NCBI GenBank assembly: GCA_049322915.1
Contig: JBMOPW010000026.1
Span: 207,013-271,012, forward strand
DNA length: 64,000 nt
Source: Candidatus Zhuqueibacterota bacterium
GTDB lineage: Bacteria; Zhuqueibacterota; Zhuqueibacteria; Thermofontimicrobiales; Thermofontimicrobiaceae
Reading direction: 5' to 3'
A program made the translations under genes and the position numbers. Positions within the stretch are counted from its first letter, which is position 1; the number at the start of each line of letters is the position of its first letter. Positions 9,407-20,139 of this stretch are shown piece after piece. The notes beneath the pieces are model-generated. The model saw nothing but the letters and a program-made list of their open reading frames with translations, had not been told where the DNA came from and made no database searches.

Positions 9407-10645
9407 CTACTTCACAATTTCCGAGACCGGCACGATGACGAACCCCTGTTTTTCCAATCGCGGCAACTCCTCTTTGAGCACATCAAGCGTCTCTTTATAA
9501 GGATGCCCGATGACAATCACCGTCCCCTTTTTCTGAGCGATCTTCGCGGCTGCCCGTATTTTGCCGCGGATATAGTCTTCATCCTCGTTCTTGTGTCGCT
9601 CCAAAAACGCGCCGTTGGATAAATATTTCATGTGATGTTTTTTCGCCAGCGCCGGCACGACCGTTTGCGTGGTTGTCCGGCTGTCAACGAAGAACTTATC
9701 CAACTTTTGCACTTGTGTCAGCACAACATCCATCAATGCGTTGTCCCCGGTAATTTTCGAACCCATGTGATTGTTGGCCCCGATGGCATCCGGCAACGAG
9801 GCAAATGCCTTTTGCACCCGCTGGGCGATTTCTTTTTTCGGCAGGTCGGCAAAAATTGTGTAGGGACTGTCTTCCACTTTTTCTTCCACCGCCTCCATAG
9901 GAATGTGCACCATAATCTCTTTATGATGCTGCTTCGCCTTTTCAGCAATTTTTGCAGAGTGCTTCTGCCCTGGAATCACGGACAGGGTTATCGGGTAATC
10001 GAGAGACAGATAGTTGTCGCTGGTCCGATTGTCGTAATAGCCAAAATCATCGATGATGAACGCTAATTTTCCGGCATGGCGCTTCAGGTCAGGATTTTTG
10101 ATGAATGTGATCGTGAGAAGCGTTTCCTTACCGGAACCGATGGAAATAGTCGACTCGCCCGTCTTCAAATTTTCCTCGGAGTCCAGCACCTTCAAATCCA
10201 TCTTCTTCACTTTCGGGATGATCTCCCAGATCACCGTCACAGCCGGCAATTCATTCGGTAGCTGCACTTCAAGGTAGCGGTCGCTTCGTTTCACCCATGA
10301 TTTCTGGATATTCAGATCTTTGAAAATCTCGTCGATGACAACGCCCAGCGCCTCCTCTTTCGGAAGTGAACTGATGTCCACCGGCGCCTCCTTCGGAATC
10401 GGCTCTTCCTCTGCCGGCGTGACCACAGGGGTCTTTTGCGCCGGCGGTTTGGGACCCTCTTTTTTCTCCGGGCCGAATAATTTGTACAGGATGAATCCAC
10501 AGATCCCAATCAGCACGAGAAAGCGGATGATCTTAGCCGCTACCTGAAGTCCCCTGGTCTCTTTGGTGGTGCGACGTTTCCGCACTGTAGCAGGAGCTCG
10601 CCGACGCTTCACCGGCTTTCGTCGATTATATTTTTTTTTTGCCAT
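9407..10645 (-). CDS. Divergent polysaccharide deacetylase family protein (YibQ-like), membrane-anchored
   Basis: AFIIDDFGY, MVHIPME, GANNHMGS, FVDSRTT, IGHP; basic N-terminus followed by one TM helix. Confidence 0.9.
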   Translation of the reverse strand: MAKKKYNRRKPVKRRRAPATVRKRRTTKETRGLQVAAKIIRFLVLIGICGFILYKLFGPEKKEGPKPPAQKTPVVTPAEEEPIPKEAPVDISSLPKEEALGVVIDEIFKDLNIQKSWVKRSDRYLEVQLPNELPAVTVIWEIIPKVKKMDLKVLDSEENLKTGESTISIGSGKETLLTITFIKNPDLKRHAGKLAFIIDDFGYYDNRTSDNYLSLDYPITLSVIPGQKHSAKIAEKAKQHHKEIMVHIPMEAVEEKVEDSPYTIFADLPKKEIAQRVQKAFASLPDAIGANNHMGSKITGDNALMDVVLTQVQKLDKFFVDSRTTTQTVVPALAKKHHMKYLSNGAFLERHKNEDEDYIRGKIRAAAKIAQKKGTVIVIGHPYKETLDVLKEELPRLEKQGFVIVPVSEIVK

Positions 10646-10695
10646 GGCTTTATTCTATTTTAATTTTGAAAATCTTCATCGCTGAAAAATTGGAC

Positions 10696-10843
10696 GTAGC
10701 CGTTCACAGGTTCTGGGTTCACTGTTCTCGGTTGGGGTTTTGGACATGGTCACTCGAAACATTTTTTATGCTCAAATAGTCCGTCATCAACTGTAAGTTA
10801 TTATTAACCTTGAATCCTGAACGATGAACCTGTGGATGGTTAC
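10696..10843. mobile_element. 148-bp MITE with IS66-like ends and near-perfect 8-bp target duplication
   Basis: Ends GTAGCCGTTCACAGGTTC / GAACCTGTGGATGGTTAC; flanks AATTGGAC and AATTGAAC. Confidence 0.65.
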
Positions 10844-11025
10844 AATTGAACTGCTCAATGAAAAACCGGTTGCAGCGACCAGTTATGTGAAAAAAGGATG
10901 ACGCACCGGCGTTTGCCTGAATTCGCGTTGCTGAAAATCGTCACTCTTCATGAGTCCCCATACAATAACACTTTCAGCGGTAAAAGTCAAATGCTTTTTC
11001 TCCAATCCTGCTGTCTGGCCCGGGT

Positions 11026-11211
11026 TTAATCAGGATGGATGGGATGCCTCTTCAAAAATCGCTCTGCCCTTTTCGCGACTGATTTTCCGGAATTGGCCAA
11101 TTGTCGTTTGACAAATTCCATAATTGGTCCGGCGTCCTCAATTTTATTGAAAAATTTTTCAAGGGACTCAATGGCGTGCGCGATGCTTGTCCGGCATGAT
11201 GGGAAAAGCAT
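11026..11211 (-). pseudogene. Short ORF, probably a 3' remnant of a helical hypothetical protein
   Basis: Protein-like C-terminus (IMEFVKRQLANSGKSVAKRAERFLK) but no convincing start or RBS. Confidence 0.3.
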
Positions 11212-11214
11212 CGG

Positions 11215-12348
11215 TCAATTGAATTCATGCAAAAAACCTAGAGGGAAAAGGAATGCAGCCAAACCGATTTGTAAATTTCCCTCTTCAAGCCGGCCGATGA
11301 AAAATCCCGGTTTCAGCGAGCCGATGCGCAACAGTCCCGGGAAGACCTCTATTTTGAAGTAATCGGCCTTCGCGCCGGCGATGATGGCGGACGCCATTAA
11401 CGAATTAGTTCGATCCCAGAATAGTCCAATGGCGTTTTTCGTGCGGGGCGTCACCAGCCGCGCTTCTCCCTGGCGATCCTCCCGCAGCCCGAAAATGACG
11501 CTCCCGGCGCCGAACGATAGGGTGGAATGTTCGCTCACCCGGCAACTCATTCCGAAAATCGTATTCACCCCCCAATACAAAAAAATCGCCGGATGCCTTC
11601 GGGATGACACCTGAATTTTTGAAGCGAACTGCTGACCTGCATTTTCCAAATAGAAATTGCCCAGATTTAAATATGGCTGGCACGACCAATCATAGATGGG
11701 AATGACTTTTGAAAACGTCTCTCTGCCGAACCGGGTGGAAAATAAAATGAATCCCAGCGGATTGAAAATGAGCAGATCAGCAATTGGATCCACATTGGGG
11801 CCGTTGAAGGTGCTGTTTTCGACGATCTCATTCAGGAATTGATAGCTGATCGTCGTCGCCGCGGAAAATATGTATGGATGGGGATAGCCGCGGTAATCGC
11901 ACCATTCCGCTAATTTGACGTATTGCATGCCATTCCCTAAAATGTGCAGAGAAAAATTGGGCAGGAATTGCATTCTGTCCATATCGCCTTTGGCGTTGAA
12001 AATTTCATCTGCGAAAAAATTGCCCCAGCCATATTTTTCAATATTGTCCAGGGGATGCGTGATATTGGAAATGACATTCTCGAACCCGTCCCAATACGGC
12101 AATTGGAGCACGTCCTTTGTCACGTTCCCATTTCTCAAAATATCGAATGAACCGTTAATCAGCAATGTCACGTGATTGAACACCAGGTCCGAGCCAAAAT
12201 CGTTCGATGGATTGTAGAAATAGTATGGCTTCTCCTGTGCAAAAACGGGAATCACCAAAAACAGGCCCATCAGCCAACTGAGAATATTCGCAAACCACAC
12301 TATTTTCATCATTCGTGTTTTTAACACAATGCACATTTTTCTTTTCAT
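11215..12348 (-). CDS. Hypothetical exported or membrane protein
   Basis: 377-aa ORF with a signal-peptide-like segment ending VFA-QEK; no family recognised. Confidence 0.7.
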   Translation of the reverse strand: MKRKMCIVLKTRMMKIVWFANILSWLMGLFLVIPVFAQEKPYYFYNPSNDFGSDLVFNHVTLLINGSFDILRNGNVTKDVLQLPYWDGFENVISNITHPLDNIEKYGWGNFFADEIFNAKGDMDRMQFLPNFSLHILGNGMQYVKLAEWCDYRGYPHPYIFSAATTISYQFLNEIVENSTFNGPNVDPIADLLIFNPLGFILFSTRFGRETFSKVIPIYDWSCQPYLNLGNFYLENAGQQFASKIQVSSRRHPAIFLYWGVNTIFGMSCRVSEHSTLSFGAGSVIFGLREDRQGEARLVTPRTKNAIGLFWDRTNSLMASAIIAGAKADYFKIEVFPGLLRIGSLKPGFFIGRLEEGNLQIGLAAFLFPLGFLHEFN

Positions 12349-12557
12349 TTCAATGAGATGTTAAGCACTTCCAGCGATAAAATCCTGATCTGCAGTGGTA
12401 AGCCGATTATTCTCTCAGTATGTTTGGACCAAAACTGCCGGCCAATTGAGCAACGCAGTCGAATGTTTCGTCATCGAACGATAGAATCACGATCTACCCA
12501 GGAATATTGTAATTTAAGGAAGTCCATAGCTCTCTCGTAGCCCAGCGAAACCAGCTC

Positions 12558-13157
12558 CTAATTACTAAACCCCGCCTTAATCGTACTCCACGAAGGCAGT
12601 CGTGCGGAGGTGGAATCCAGTTTGGTATCGTGATCGTACCAGCGGGAAATGACCCAATAGCCATTTCGCCGCAGGAACCAGAAATCCAGTTGGCCCTTGC
12701 CCTGCCGCGGGTAACTCTGCGAGAGAATGTGGTGCAGATCCAGTTGATAATCCGCCTGCACATAAGCTGAATCCGGAAAATAGCTGCGCTGGATATTCGA
12801 ATAAATCAGCGTCCGGACCGAGTCATCCGGGATGGCCGTGAACACTCTGTTGATATAGGTCTGCTCGCGCGATAAATTCCAGAAATCGAAAATCCCGGCA
12901 TTGGTGGAAGCCTCAAATTGATCCGGCTCGAAATGAAAGATCGCATTGGAATCCACCAGGCATTTCATGTAATTCTCCACATTCTTTTCCTCGATGGCGT
13001 ATTTCATGTTCTGAAGCACAATCATCGGATCAGTCGGGAACTGCCAGGATGTCCGCCCTTCGGTCGGCGGCTCGGCCTCACGTGTGGCAAAGGGATTCTT
13101 GCACGAATGCGCCAGAAGTAACACCAGCAATATCCCCACAGGTACTCGTATTTTCAT
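12558..13157 (-). CDS. Hypothetical lipoprotein
   Basis: LAHSC lipobox followed by NPFATREAEPP. Confidence 0.75.
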   Translation of the reverse strand: MKIRVPVGILLVLLLAHSCKNPFATREAEPPTEGRTSWQFPTDPMIVLQNMKYAIEEKNVENYMKCLVDSNAIFHFEPDQFEASTNAGIFDFWNLSREQTYINRVFTAIPDDSVRTLIYSNIQRSYFPDSAYVQADYQLDLHHILSQSYPRQGKGQLDFWFLRRNGYWVISRWYDHDTKLDSTSARLPSWSTIKAGFSN

Positions 13158-13293
13158 ATCACTTTCACCGTTCGAGACAAAAATCTATTGCAATTGATGG
13201 GTACAAGTATTATCTTTTCGTTTGAAAAATGTAGCCACCGCAGCGTAAAATAAACAGCCTCATGGTTGGCGCGGAATCAGAACGAGGATCGTT

Positions 13294-13701
13294 ATGTCCC
13301 TATTCGCTCGACTTTTCATGTTATTCACATTGGTCCCAATTATCGAGCTCGTCCTGCTCATCAAATTGGGCGGCTATATTGGCGCGTTGGAAACCATCGC
13401 CATCGTTGTGCTCACCGGGATTGTCGGCGCCTATCTCGCCAAATACGAGGGGTTCCGGGTGATGACCCGAATCCAGCAGGAACTGAGTCAGGGGCGAATC
13501 CCGGCCGAGGAACTATTGGATGGCGTGATCATCCTCGCCGGCGGCTTGCTGCTGCTGACACCGGGTTTGCTCACAGATGTCGTTGGCCTGTTAGCCATGA
13601 TCCCGGCATCCCGGCATTTTATTAAAAAATACCTGCGAAAAAAATTCCAGCAAAAGATTAACTCCGGCCAGGTCTACACGACCTATACCCGCGATAGCTG
13701 A
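13294..13701 (+). CDS. fxsA: FxsA family membrane protein
   Basis: VPIIELVLLIKLG..ETIAIVVLTGIVG..GGLLLLTPGLLTD. Confidence 0.9.
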   Translation: MSLFARLFMLFTLVPIIELVLLIKLGGYIGALETIAIVVLTGIVGAYLAKYEGFRVMTRIQQELSQGRIPAEELLDGVIILAGGLLLLTPGLLTDVVGLLAMIPASRHFIKKYLRKKFQQKINSGQVYTTYTRDS

Positions 13702-13914
13702 TAGTCGCTCCGATTGAGCCATCCAAGGCTGACCGACCTTCAAATATAAATGATTTTAATATCTTTATCAAGAATAAAGTTTTGGGTCAGGTTCCCTGTA
13801 ACTGTATGCTCATTTATTGTACGCAAAGCTTGCCGATCGATAGGGGAAATACCTCCCAACCATTGCCTGCGCCGGTTATATATTCAGCGCGCTCATTTCG
13901 CTCCCGCAATTGAT

Positions 13915-15012
13915 TCACGAACCTACGTTGTCAAGAATACTGCAAATCCGCGCGGCTGCTTTTTCCGTCCCGTCGATGGCAACTTCGCTCCAGCTTTGTT
14001 CATTCAGCCTTTTAAACGAAATGGCTTCCACCCATTTTCCATAAATAAAATCTTCTCTCGGGACAAAGATCGCCGGCATGTTTTGCTGAATATAATAGTG
14101 CAACATGTCGTATTCGGCAAAATCATCCCGCGATGTGTACAACAACGGCGTCCGATTGGCGATGCAGCCGGAGACAATGCCATAGCCCGGTTTGGAAACG
14201 ACGAGATCGCTGGCCATGATTAAATCTTCGAACAGACAAAAATCCGCCGGGATGGTGAGAATATTTTTATCGAGGGAGAACGCCGTATCCGGAATGACGA
14301 ACAGATAGCGCTCATAGGTTTTCCACAGGTTCGTGTCCATCCGGGTCAGATCATGATTGCGCAGCGCTAACAGAATGATTTTTTGAGCGAAATCCGCACC
14401 CAATTCCAGCTTTGCCAACACGTCCTGTTTTTGTCGAACTGATCTCCGGGCGATGAGCGGAATATCTTCGATGCGACGAAATGCGGACATGTCTCCGGCC
14501 GCAGGCAAGCGCAGCAACAAATCGGCGCGGGAATAGGACTGCCTGATTTCATCGATCAAAAATCGATGCTGAGGAAATTCGTCCGCGTATGGCTGGTAAA
14601 TCCAGTCCCAGGAAAAATTGCCAATGGCGATTCCGGGAACACCTGACTGGTGTGCAGCATCGAATGCGAACGGCGGGATGTCGCCGACGACCAGTCGAAT
14701 TTCGTTTTCCCTGATGAACCGAATCTCGTTGGTGATGAGAATTGGTTTCCGCGCCACCAGATCAGCGTAGGCTTCGAGCGTGGCTTTGATTTTCACCGAA
14801 AAGCTGTTCTCCTGAATGGCGCCCACATCCATGGCTTCGTGGTAGAAATGGACGCGTTCGATATCCTGGTGGCGCGTTAGCCAGACCGGCGTTGTGGTTT
14901 TCACATGACAGACGATATCCGGTCGCGCAGTCAGAAGGTGTTTGATCACATCAAATGTTCTCACAAAATGGCCATAGCCGTGGCCAGTGATATAAAACAG
15001 CAGGTTGTTCAT
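13915..15012 (-). CDS. GT-B fold glycosyltransferase-like protein (similar to the arabinokinase N-terminal domain)
   Basis: YITGHGYGH, VVGDIPP, NFSWDWIY, VSKPGYGIVS. ATG at 15012 chosen. Confidence 0.8.
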   Translation of the reverse strand: MNNLLFYITGHGYGHFVRTFDVIKHLLTARPDIVCHVKTTTPVWLTRHQDIERVHFYHEAMDVGAIQENSFSVKIKATLEAYADLVARKPILITNEIRFIRENEIRLVVGDIPPFAFDAAHQSGVPGIAIGNFSWDWIYQPYADEFPQHRFLIDEIRQSYSRADLLLRLPAAGDMSAFRRIEDIPLIARRSVRQKQDVLAKLELGADFAQKIILLALRNHDLTRMDTNLWKTYERYLFVIPDTAFSLDKNILTIPADFCLFEDLIMASDLVVSKPGYGIVSGCIANRTPLLYTSRDDFAEYDMLHYYIQQNMPAIFVPREDFIYGKWVEAISFKRLNEQSWSEVAIDGTEKAAARICSILDNVGS

Positions 15013-15156
15013 GAAGCGCACTTTTTCATCGTTAGCCGGATCATCCTGAAATGCCAAATGACAAAATCCAAAATACAAGTAAATCACAAAAACAAAATTT
15101 GAAAATTAAAATCCCCACTCAGCGTCTTGATTTTGAAGAATTTTTTTCCAGCGTAT

Positions 15157-15193
15157 AAAAAAAAGCGAGAGCCAAATCTGACCCTCGCTTTTT
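15157..15193. terminator. Intrinsic terminator after the OPT gene
   Basis: AAAAAAAAGCGAG ... CTCGCTTTTT. Confidence 0.6.
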
Positions 15194-15201
15194 CATTTCA
15201 T

Positions 15202-17199
15202 TTATGCATCGGTCTTTGCAGATTTCGAGTATCGATACATGAAAATACAGAGGAATGTGAACATCACAATGCTGATAACCATGCCGATATGCCAGCCGCC
15301 AAGCTCAATTTCGGCCAGGCCGGTGTTCAGCTTATCGGCGAAGAAATAGGCGAGCACCGCACTGATGACGCCCATTAATGCGCCGCCGGCGATGAAACCG
15401 GAGGCGATGAGCGTGCCTTTATCCCGGCGTGCTTTGCTGACCTCTTCATTTTTACTGCTCTTGTCGACCAAGTGCGCGATGATACCGCCGATCAACAGCG
15501 GCGTGTTCAATTCAATCGGAAGGTACATGCCAAGCGCAAACGCCAGCGGGGCGATGCCGATCAATTCCATCACCAGCGCCATGAACACACCTGCCAGATA
15601 CAATCCCCAGGGCACGGCATCCGTGGCGAACAGCACATTCAGGATTGCAGCCATAGCATTGCCCTGCGGAGCAGCCAGAGGCGCCGGATGCTCCGGCGTC
15701 TTCACGAATCCATACACATTTTCCAGCAGTAAAATGACGCCGCCAACGAACAGCGATGCCACGAGAATGCCCAGGAACTTGAATCGCTCCTGGTTGAATG
15801 GCGTTGAACCCAGCCAGTAACCGACTTTGAGATCGGTGATGAACGCGCCGGCCGAAGACAACGCCGTGCAGACGACCGTCCCGATGATCAGCGAGGAGAT
15901 CATCCCGGCGGTTCCGTGCAGGCCGGCTTTGACCAGAATGATGCTGCTCAGAATCAACGTCATCAGCGTCATGCCGGAGACCGGATTCACGCCGACAATG
16001 GCTGTGGCGCGGGCGGCAACCGTTGTGAACAGGAAACTGATGATGACCGTGATGATCACAGCGAGCAGAGTGATGTACCAGGATTCAACTACCCAGAATC
16101 GGAAGAACAAAAGGATGGCGATAGTCGTGAGCGCAATGACCAGAATGACGAGCGACATGGGAATGTCTTTATCCGTGCGCTCCGGTTTTTCAATGTCTGA
16201 ACCGGCTTTGAAAATCTGTTTGAATCCCAATGAAAACGCCTGAACGATGATTTTCAGATTTTTGATGATGCCGATGATCCCGGCGCAGGCGATACCGCCG
16301 ATACCGATGTGCCGGACGTAGTTGGTGAAAATTTGCTCGACAGTCATTGTATTGAACGGGATATCCGCCGGCAAGACAGCCACGCCGAGATGGCTGCCGA
16401 AATACCACACGGCCGGAATCAGAACGAGCCACGAGACAAAGCTGCCGGCCACAATGATCGATGCATAGCGCAGACCGATGATATAACCCAGTCCGGTGAC
16501 CGCAGCGCCGGCATTCACCTTCAGCACCAGTTTCGCCTTGTCGGCGAGCGTTGCGCCCCAGGGAATGACGCGGGTGGAAATGATCTCGTTCCACAGCCCG
16601 AAACTGGCAATGGCGAAATCATAGATGCCGCCGATGATGGCGGAGAAGATGAGCGTCTTCGCCTGCTCGCCGCCCTGTTCGCCGGTCACCAGCACTTCGT
16701 TGATGGCTGTGCCTTCCGGAAATGGCAGCAGGCCGTGCTGCTCCGCCACAAAATATCGGCGCAGCGGGATGATGAAAACGATTCCCAGAAATCCGCCGAA
16801 TAATGACGCTAAAAATATTTGCAGAAAACTCGTCGAAAGTCCCGGAATAATGTACAGCGCCGGGATGGTGAAAATCGCGCCGGCCACCACCATGCCGGAC
16901 GCAGCGCCAATAGATTGGATGATGACGTTCTCCAGAATGGTGTTCTTTCGTCGGTACAAACCGCTCAAACCAACCGCAATGATGGCAATGGGAATGGCTG
17001 CTTCGAACACCTGACCAATTTTCAAACCAAGGTACGCTGCCGAAGCTGTGAACACGGCTGCCAGAAACAGTCCCCAGACTACCGAACGTGTCGACACTTC
17101 TGCGCCCGTGAACGATACAGGCACAAAGGGAATGTACTTTTCGCCTGCTTTCAAAGGACGATAAGCGTTTTCAGGCAATCCCGTTTTTGAACCTGACAT
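15202..17199 (-). CDS. OPT-family oligopeptide transporter
   Basis: AYLGLKIGQVFEAAIP, ENVIIQSIG, FPEG, NPVSGMT, DLKVGYWLG, APQ, GMYLP; many TM helices. ATG at 17199 follows GGAGG. Confidence 0.93.
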   Translation of the reverse strand: MSGSKTGLPENAYRPLKAGEKYIPFVPVSFTGAEVSTRSVVWGLFLAAVFTASAAYLGLKIGQVFEAAIPIAIIAVGLSGLYRRKNTILENVIIQSIGAASGMVVAGAIFTIPALYIIPGLSTSFLQIFLASLFGGFLGIVFIIPLRRYFVAEQHGLLPFPEGTAINEVLVTGEQGGEQAKTLIFSAIIGGIYDFAIASFGLWNEIISTRVIPWGATLADKAKLVLKVNAGAAVTGLGYIIGLRYASIIVAGSFVSWLVLIPAVWYFGSHLGVAVLPADIPFNTMTVEQIFTNYVRHIGIGGIACAGIIGIIKNLKIIVQAFSLGFKQIFKAGSDIEKPERTDKDIPMSLVILVIALTTIAILLFFRFWVVESWYITLLAVIITVIISFLFTTVAARATAIVGVNPVSGMTLMTLILSSIILVKAGLHGTAGMISSLIIGTVVCTALSSAGAFITDLKVGYWLGSTPFNQERFKFLGILVASLFVGGVILLLENVYGFVKTPEHPAPLAAPQGNAMAAILNVLFATDAVPWGLYLAGVFMALVMELIGIAPLAFALGMYLPIELNTPLLIGGIIAHLVDKSSKNEEVSKARRDKGTLIASGFIAGGALMGVISAVLAYFFADKLNTGLAEIELGGWHIGMVISIVMFTFLCIFMYRYSKSAKTDA

Positions 17200-17459
17200 A
17201 ATTCCTCCGATTTTAGTTTCCAAACCCTCCAATTTTAGATGCCGCTTCATTTTTAATGACTCCAAATATATTAAATTTCCTTGTGTTTAGCAAGCATTAA
17301 TTTGCAACTCCTGATTCATGCATGACGATCGGTGCAGCGAGCCGGAAAAATAGGTTCGAATTTCTTCGGGACAGACGCGGCATTGCCGGACCGGTTTCAA
17401 AGAATAGGAGGGGGGCGCATCGCCCGAGAAAACGCAGCGGCGATCCTGCTTTTTTTCTC

Positions 17460-17488
17460 TTGACTTGAACTCGAATATATTTTATATT
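17460..17488 (+). promoter_or_regulatory. Sigma70 promoter TTGACT-17-TATATT
   Basis: Direct motif match upstream of the DUF5916 gene. Confidence 0.55.
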
Positions 17489-17545
17489 GAGCCTTCGTTT
17501 TTTCGAATCGCGGACACTTTTCACCATACCAATATCAGGTTTTTT

Positions 17546-19774
17546 ATGATTTTCAGAACAGGACTGACCATCGCTTTTCTCTTTATTTTTCAGGTGCAAA
17601 CCATTCTGGCGGGCAATATCTCCGAGGCGGAACTCCATCGTGCCAAACACCTCCGGGCGGTGAAGACGGACATGAAGATCAAAATTGACGCTGAGTTCAC
17701 AGAAGAGGTCTGGCAGCAGGTTCAATTTTCCGATGCATTTCAGCAGCGGGAGCCTGGCGATGGCGAGCCTCCCACAGAGCGAACCGGGATTGGCTGTCTT
17801 TACGACGACGACAATCTCTATTTCGGAATCAAGTGTTACGATTCCGAGCCGGAGAAAATCGTTCGAACAGAACTCCGGCGCGACGCAATTGTGGACAACG
17901 ACGATTACTTCGAAATGGTGCTGGATACCTATCACGACAATCGCAGCGGATTCTACTTCATTTTCAATGCCTATGGCAGCAAACGCGACGCCCGACTGAG
18001 CGACGAGGGCCGCAATTATAATCCGGACTGGGATGGCATCTGGCAATGCAAGGCCACCATCAACCAGCACGGCTGGTTCGCCGAACTCGCCATTCCCTGG
18101 AAGACGCTCCGTTTTCAGGAAGGCGATGACATTTACTTCGGGGCGAATTTCGGCCGGATGATCCGGAGAAAGAATGAAAGCCTGTACTGGAATCACATTT
18201 CCCGGAACATCAGTGGATTCGGGCTGTTTCGGCTGTCCGAAGCCGGCCATATCGGCCCGTTCGATGGGCTTCGCCTGGGAGGGAATATCGAGTTGCAGCC
18301 ATTCGCCGTGGGTGGGCTGCAAAATGACATGCAGACCGATTTCGATTTCACCCATATCGCCGAAATGGGCATGGATGCGAAGGTCAATCTCAGTTCCAAT
18401 ATTGTCACCGATTTAACTTTCAACACCGACTTCGCTCAGGTGGAAGCGGACCAGGAACAGGTGAACCTGACCCGCTATTCACTCTATTTTCCCGAGAAGC
18501 GTGAATTCTTTTTAGAGGGAGCGGAAATTTTCAATACCCGGGATTCGTACAAACACGACGACAGCGTCCCGACCATTTTTTACAGTCGCCGAATTGGCAT
18601 CGAGGGGAATCGCCCGGTGCCTCTCTGGGGCGGCGTCAAAATGACGGGCAAGGCCGGCAAAACCACCATCGGCGTTTTGAATATGGTCTCCCGACAATCC
18701 AGTTTCATTTCCGAAGATGATGGGCCGGTTCAGCTTCCCACAACCAATTTCAGCGTGCTGCGATTGAAGCAGGATATTTTTCACCGCTCGACCATCGGTG
18801 CGTTCGTCACCAGCAAAATCGTGGAGAGCAACAGTCACAGCAATCACGTAATTGCCGCGGACGCCCAACTTCTGCTTTCGCCCACCACCAGCGTCACCGC
18901 ATTGGTCGCCGGGTCATCCACCTCGGACAGCGCGGAGTCCCGGGGCGGCGTGGCCAGCGTCGATTTCAGTTGGCGCAATGACCGCTATCAGGCCGGCGTC
19001 AGCCATACCGAGGTCCAGCCCAATTTCAATGCGGAAATGGGCTTTGTCCGCCGGACTGATATCCGCAGCACTTCGGCGAGCTTCACGTTTTCGCCGCGGC
19101 CAAAGCGCTTTACAGCGGTGCGCAAATTCAATTACAATATTTCAGGGGGCTATCTCACTGATTTCGATAATCATTTGCTGGACAAAAATATCGATTTTTC
19201 CTACAGCATCAATTTTCAGAGCAGCGCCAATGTCAACATCAGCATCGACAGAGATTATGAATTTTTACCGTTCGCGTGGGAAGTGCGACCCGGCATCGAA
19301 ATCCCGGATGGCATGTACGAAGGCTATTCGTTTTCCACCCGGTTCTCCAGCAGCGATTCCCGAACCATTGCCATGGATCTGTCGCTTTCGCATTCCGATT
19401 ATTACACCGGCGAGCGACGCACCTTCAGCGGCGGTTTCAATTTTCGAAACATCACCAAATTGCTCCTGAACGCGGAATATCAATTCAACCGGGTGACGCT
19501 GCCGCAGCGCACATTCAACACATTCACTCTGTCCAATCGCATCATTTACGCGTTCTCGACGGACATGTACATCAAAGCGTATATCCAGTACAACAGCGAC
19601 CGGCTGCGCTACGATGGCCGCGTGAAATGGAACGCCAATATTCTCTTCCGCTACATTTTCCGGCCGGGGAGCGACTTCTACCTCGTGTACAATCAGGAGC
19701 ATCTGGTAGGGACGCCGGATGAATTGACCAATCGGACGCTCATGGCAAAGGTGGTATATTTCTGGAGAAAATAG
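17546..19774 (+). CDS. CBM9-like + DUF5916 outer-membrane protein
   Basis: IDAEFTEEVW..YDDDNLYFG..DTYHD..ELAIPWKTLRF; NTDFAQVEAD..FPEKREFFLEG; C-terminal aromatic beta-strand. Confidence 0.85.
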   Translation: MIFRTGLTIAFLFIFQVQTILAGNISEAELHRAKHLRAVKTDMKIKIDAEFTEEVWQQVQFSDAFQQREPGDGEPPTERTGIGCLYDDDNLYFGIKCYDSEPEKIVRTELRRDAIVDNDDYFEMVLDTYHDNRSGFYFIFNAYGSKRDARLSDEGRNYNPDWDGIWQCKATINQHGWFAELAIPWKTLRFQEGDDIYFGANFGRMIRRKNESLYWNHISRNISGFGLFRLSEAGHIGPFDGLRLGGNIELQPFAVGGLQNDMQTDFDFTHIAEMGMDAKVNLSSNIVTDLTFNTDFAQVEADQEQVNLTRYSLYFPEKREFFLEGAEIFNTRDSYKHDDSVPTIFYSRRIGIEGNRPVPLWGGVKMTGKAGKTTIGVLNMVSRQSSFISEDDGPVQLPTTNFSVLRLKQDIFHRSTIGAFVTSKIVESNSHSNHVIAADAQLLLSPTTSVTALVAGSSTSDSAESRGGVASVDFSWRNDRYQAGVSHTEVQPNFNAEMGFVRRTDIRSTSASFTFSPRPKRFTAVRKFNYNISGGYLTDFDNHLLDKNIDFSYSINFQSSANVNISIDRDYEFLPFAWEVRPGIEIPDGMYEGYSFSTRFSSSDSRTIAMDLSLSHSDYYTGERRTFSGGFNFRNITKLLLNAEYQFNRVTLPQRTFNTFTLSNRIIYAFSTDMYIKAYIQYNSDRLRYDGRVKWNANILFRYIFRPGSDFYLVYNQEHLVGTPDELTNRTLMAKVVYFWRK

Positions 19775-19810
19775 AGTTGCGACGACTCCGGAATGCGTCC
19801 ATTATTTAAC

Positions 19811-19839
19811 TTGACATTCGATACCATTTCCGCTATATT
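19811..19839 (+). promoter_or_regulatory. Sigma70 promoter TTGACA-17-TATATT facing a 1.1-kb region without a long ORF
   Basis: Consensus -35, 17-bp spacer, and the same -10 as other promoters in the window. Confidence 0.55.
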
Positions 19840-20139
19840 CATCCTTCAAAACATAGGTCCTGGCATTTCACGCTGAACAGAGGGCATGGACGCAGAGTCT
19901 TCATTCTTCGTTGACATCGTTCACATGCTGTGATTGTTTCTTTTGAACTCGATTTTTCCATTCATTGCCACATTCGCCACACGATTCTACTTTCATCACC
20001 CTGAACGAATGACATCCCCATTGTTCCCATTTACATGCAGAACGGCAGCCCGAAGTGAATGAAACTCAACGGCGCCAGCACTGCATCATGCGACCTCAAG
20101 CAGACCGGACAAAGCGCCCCGGCGAATCCAGGAAATTTT

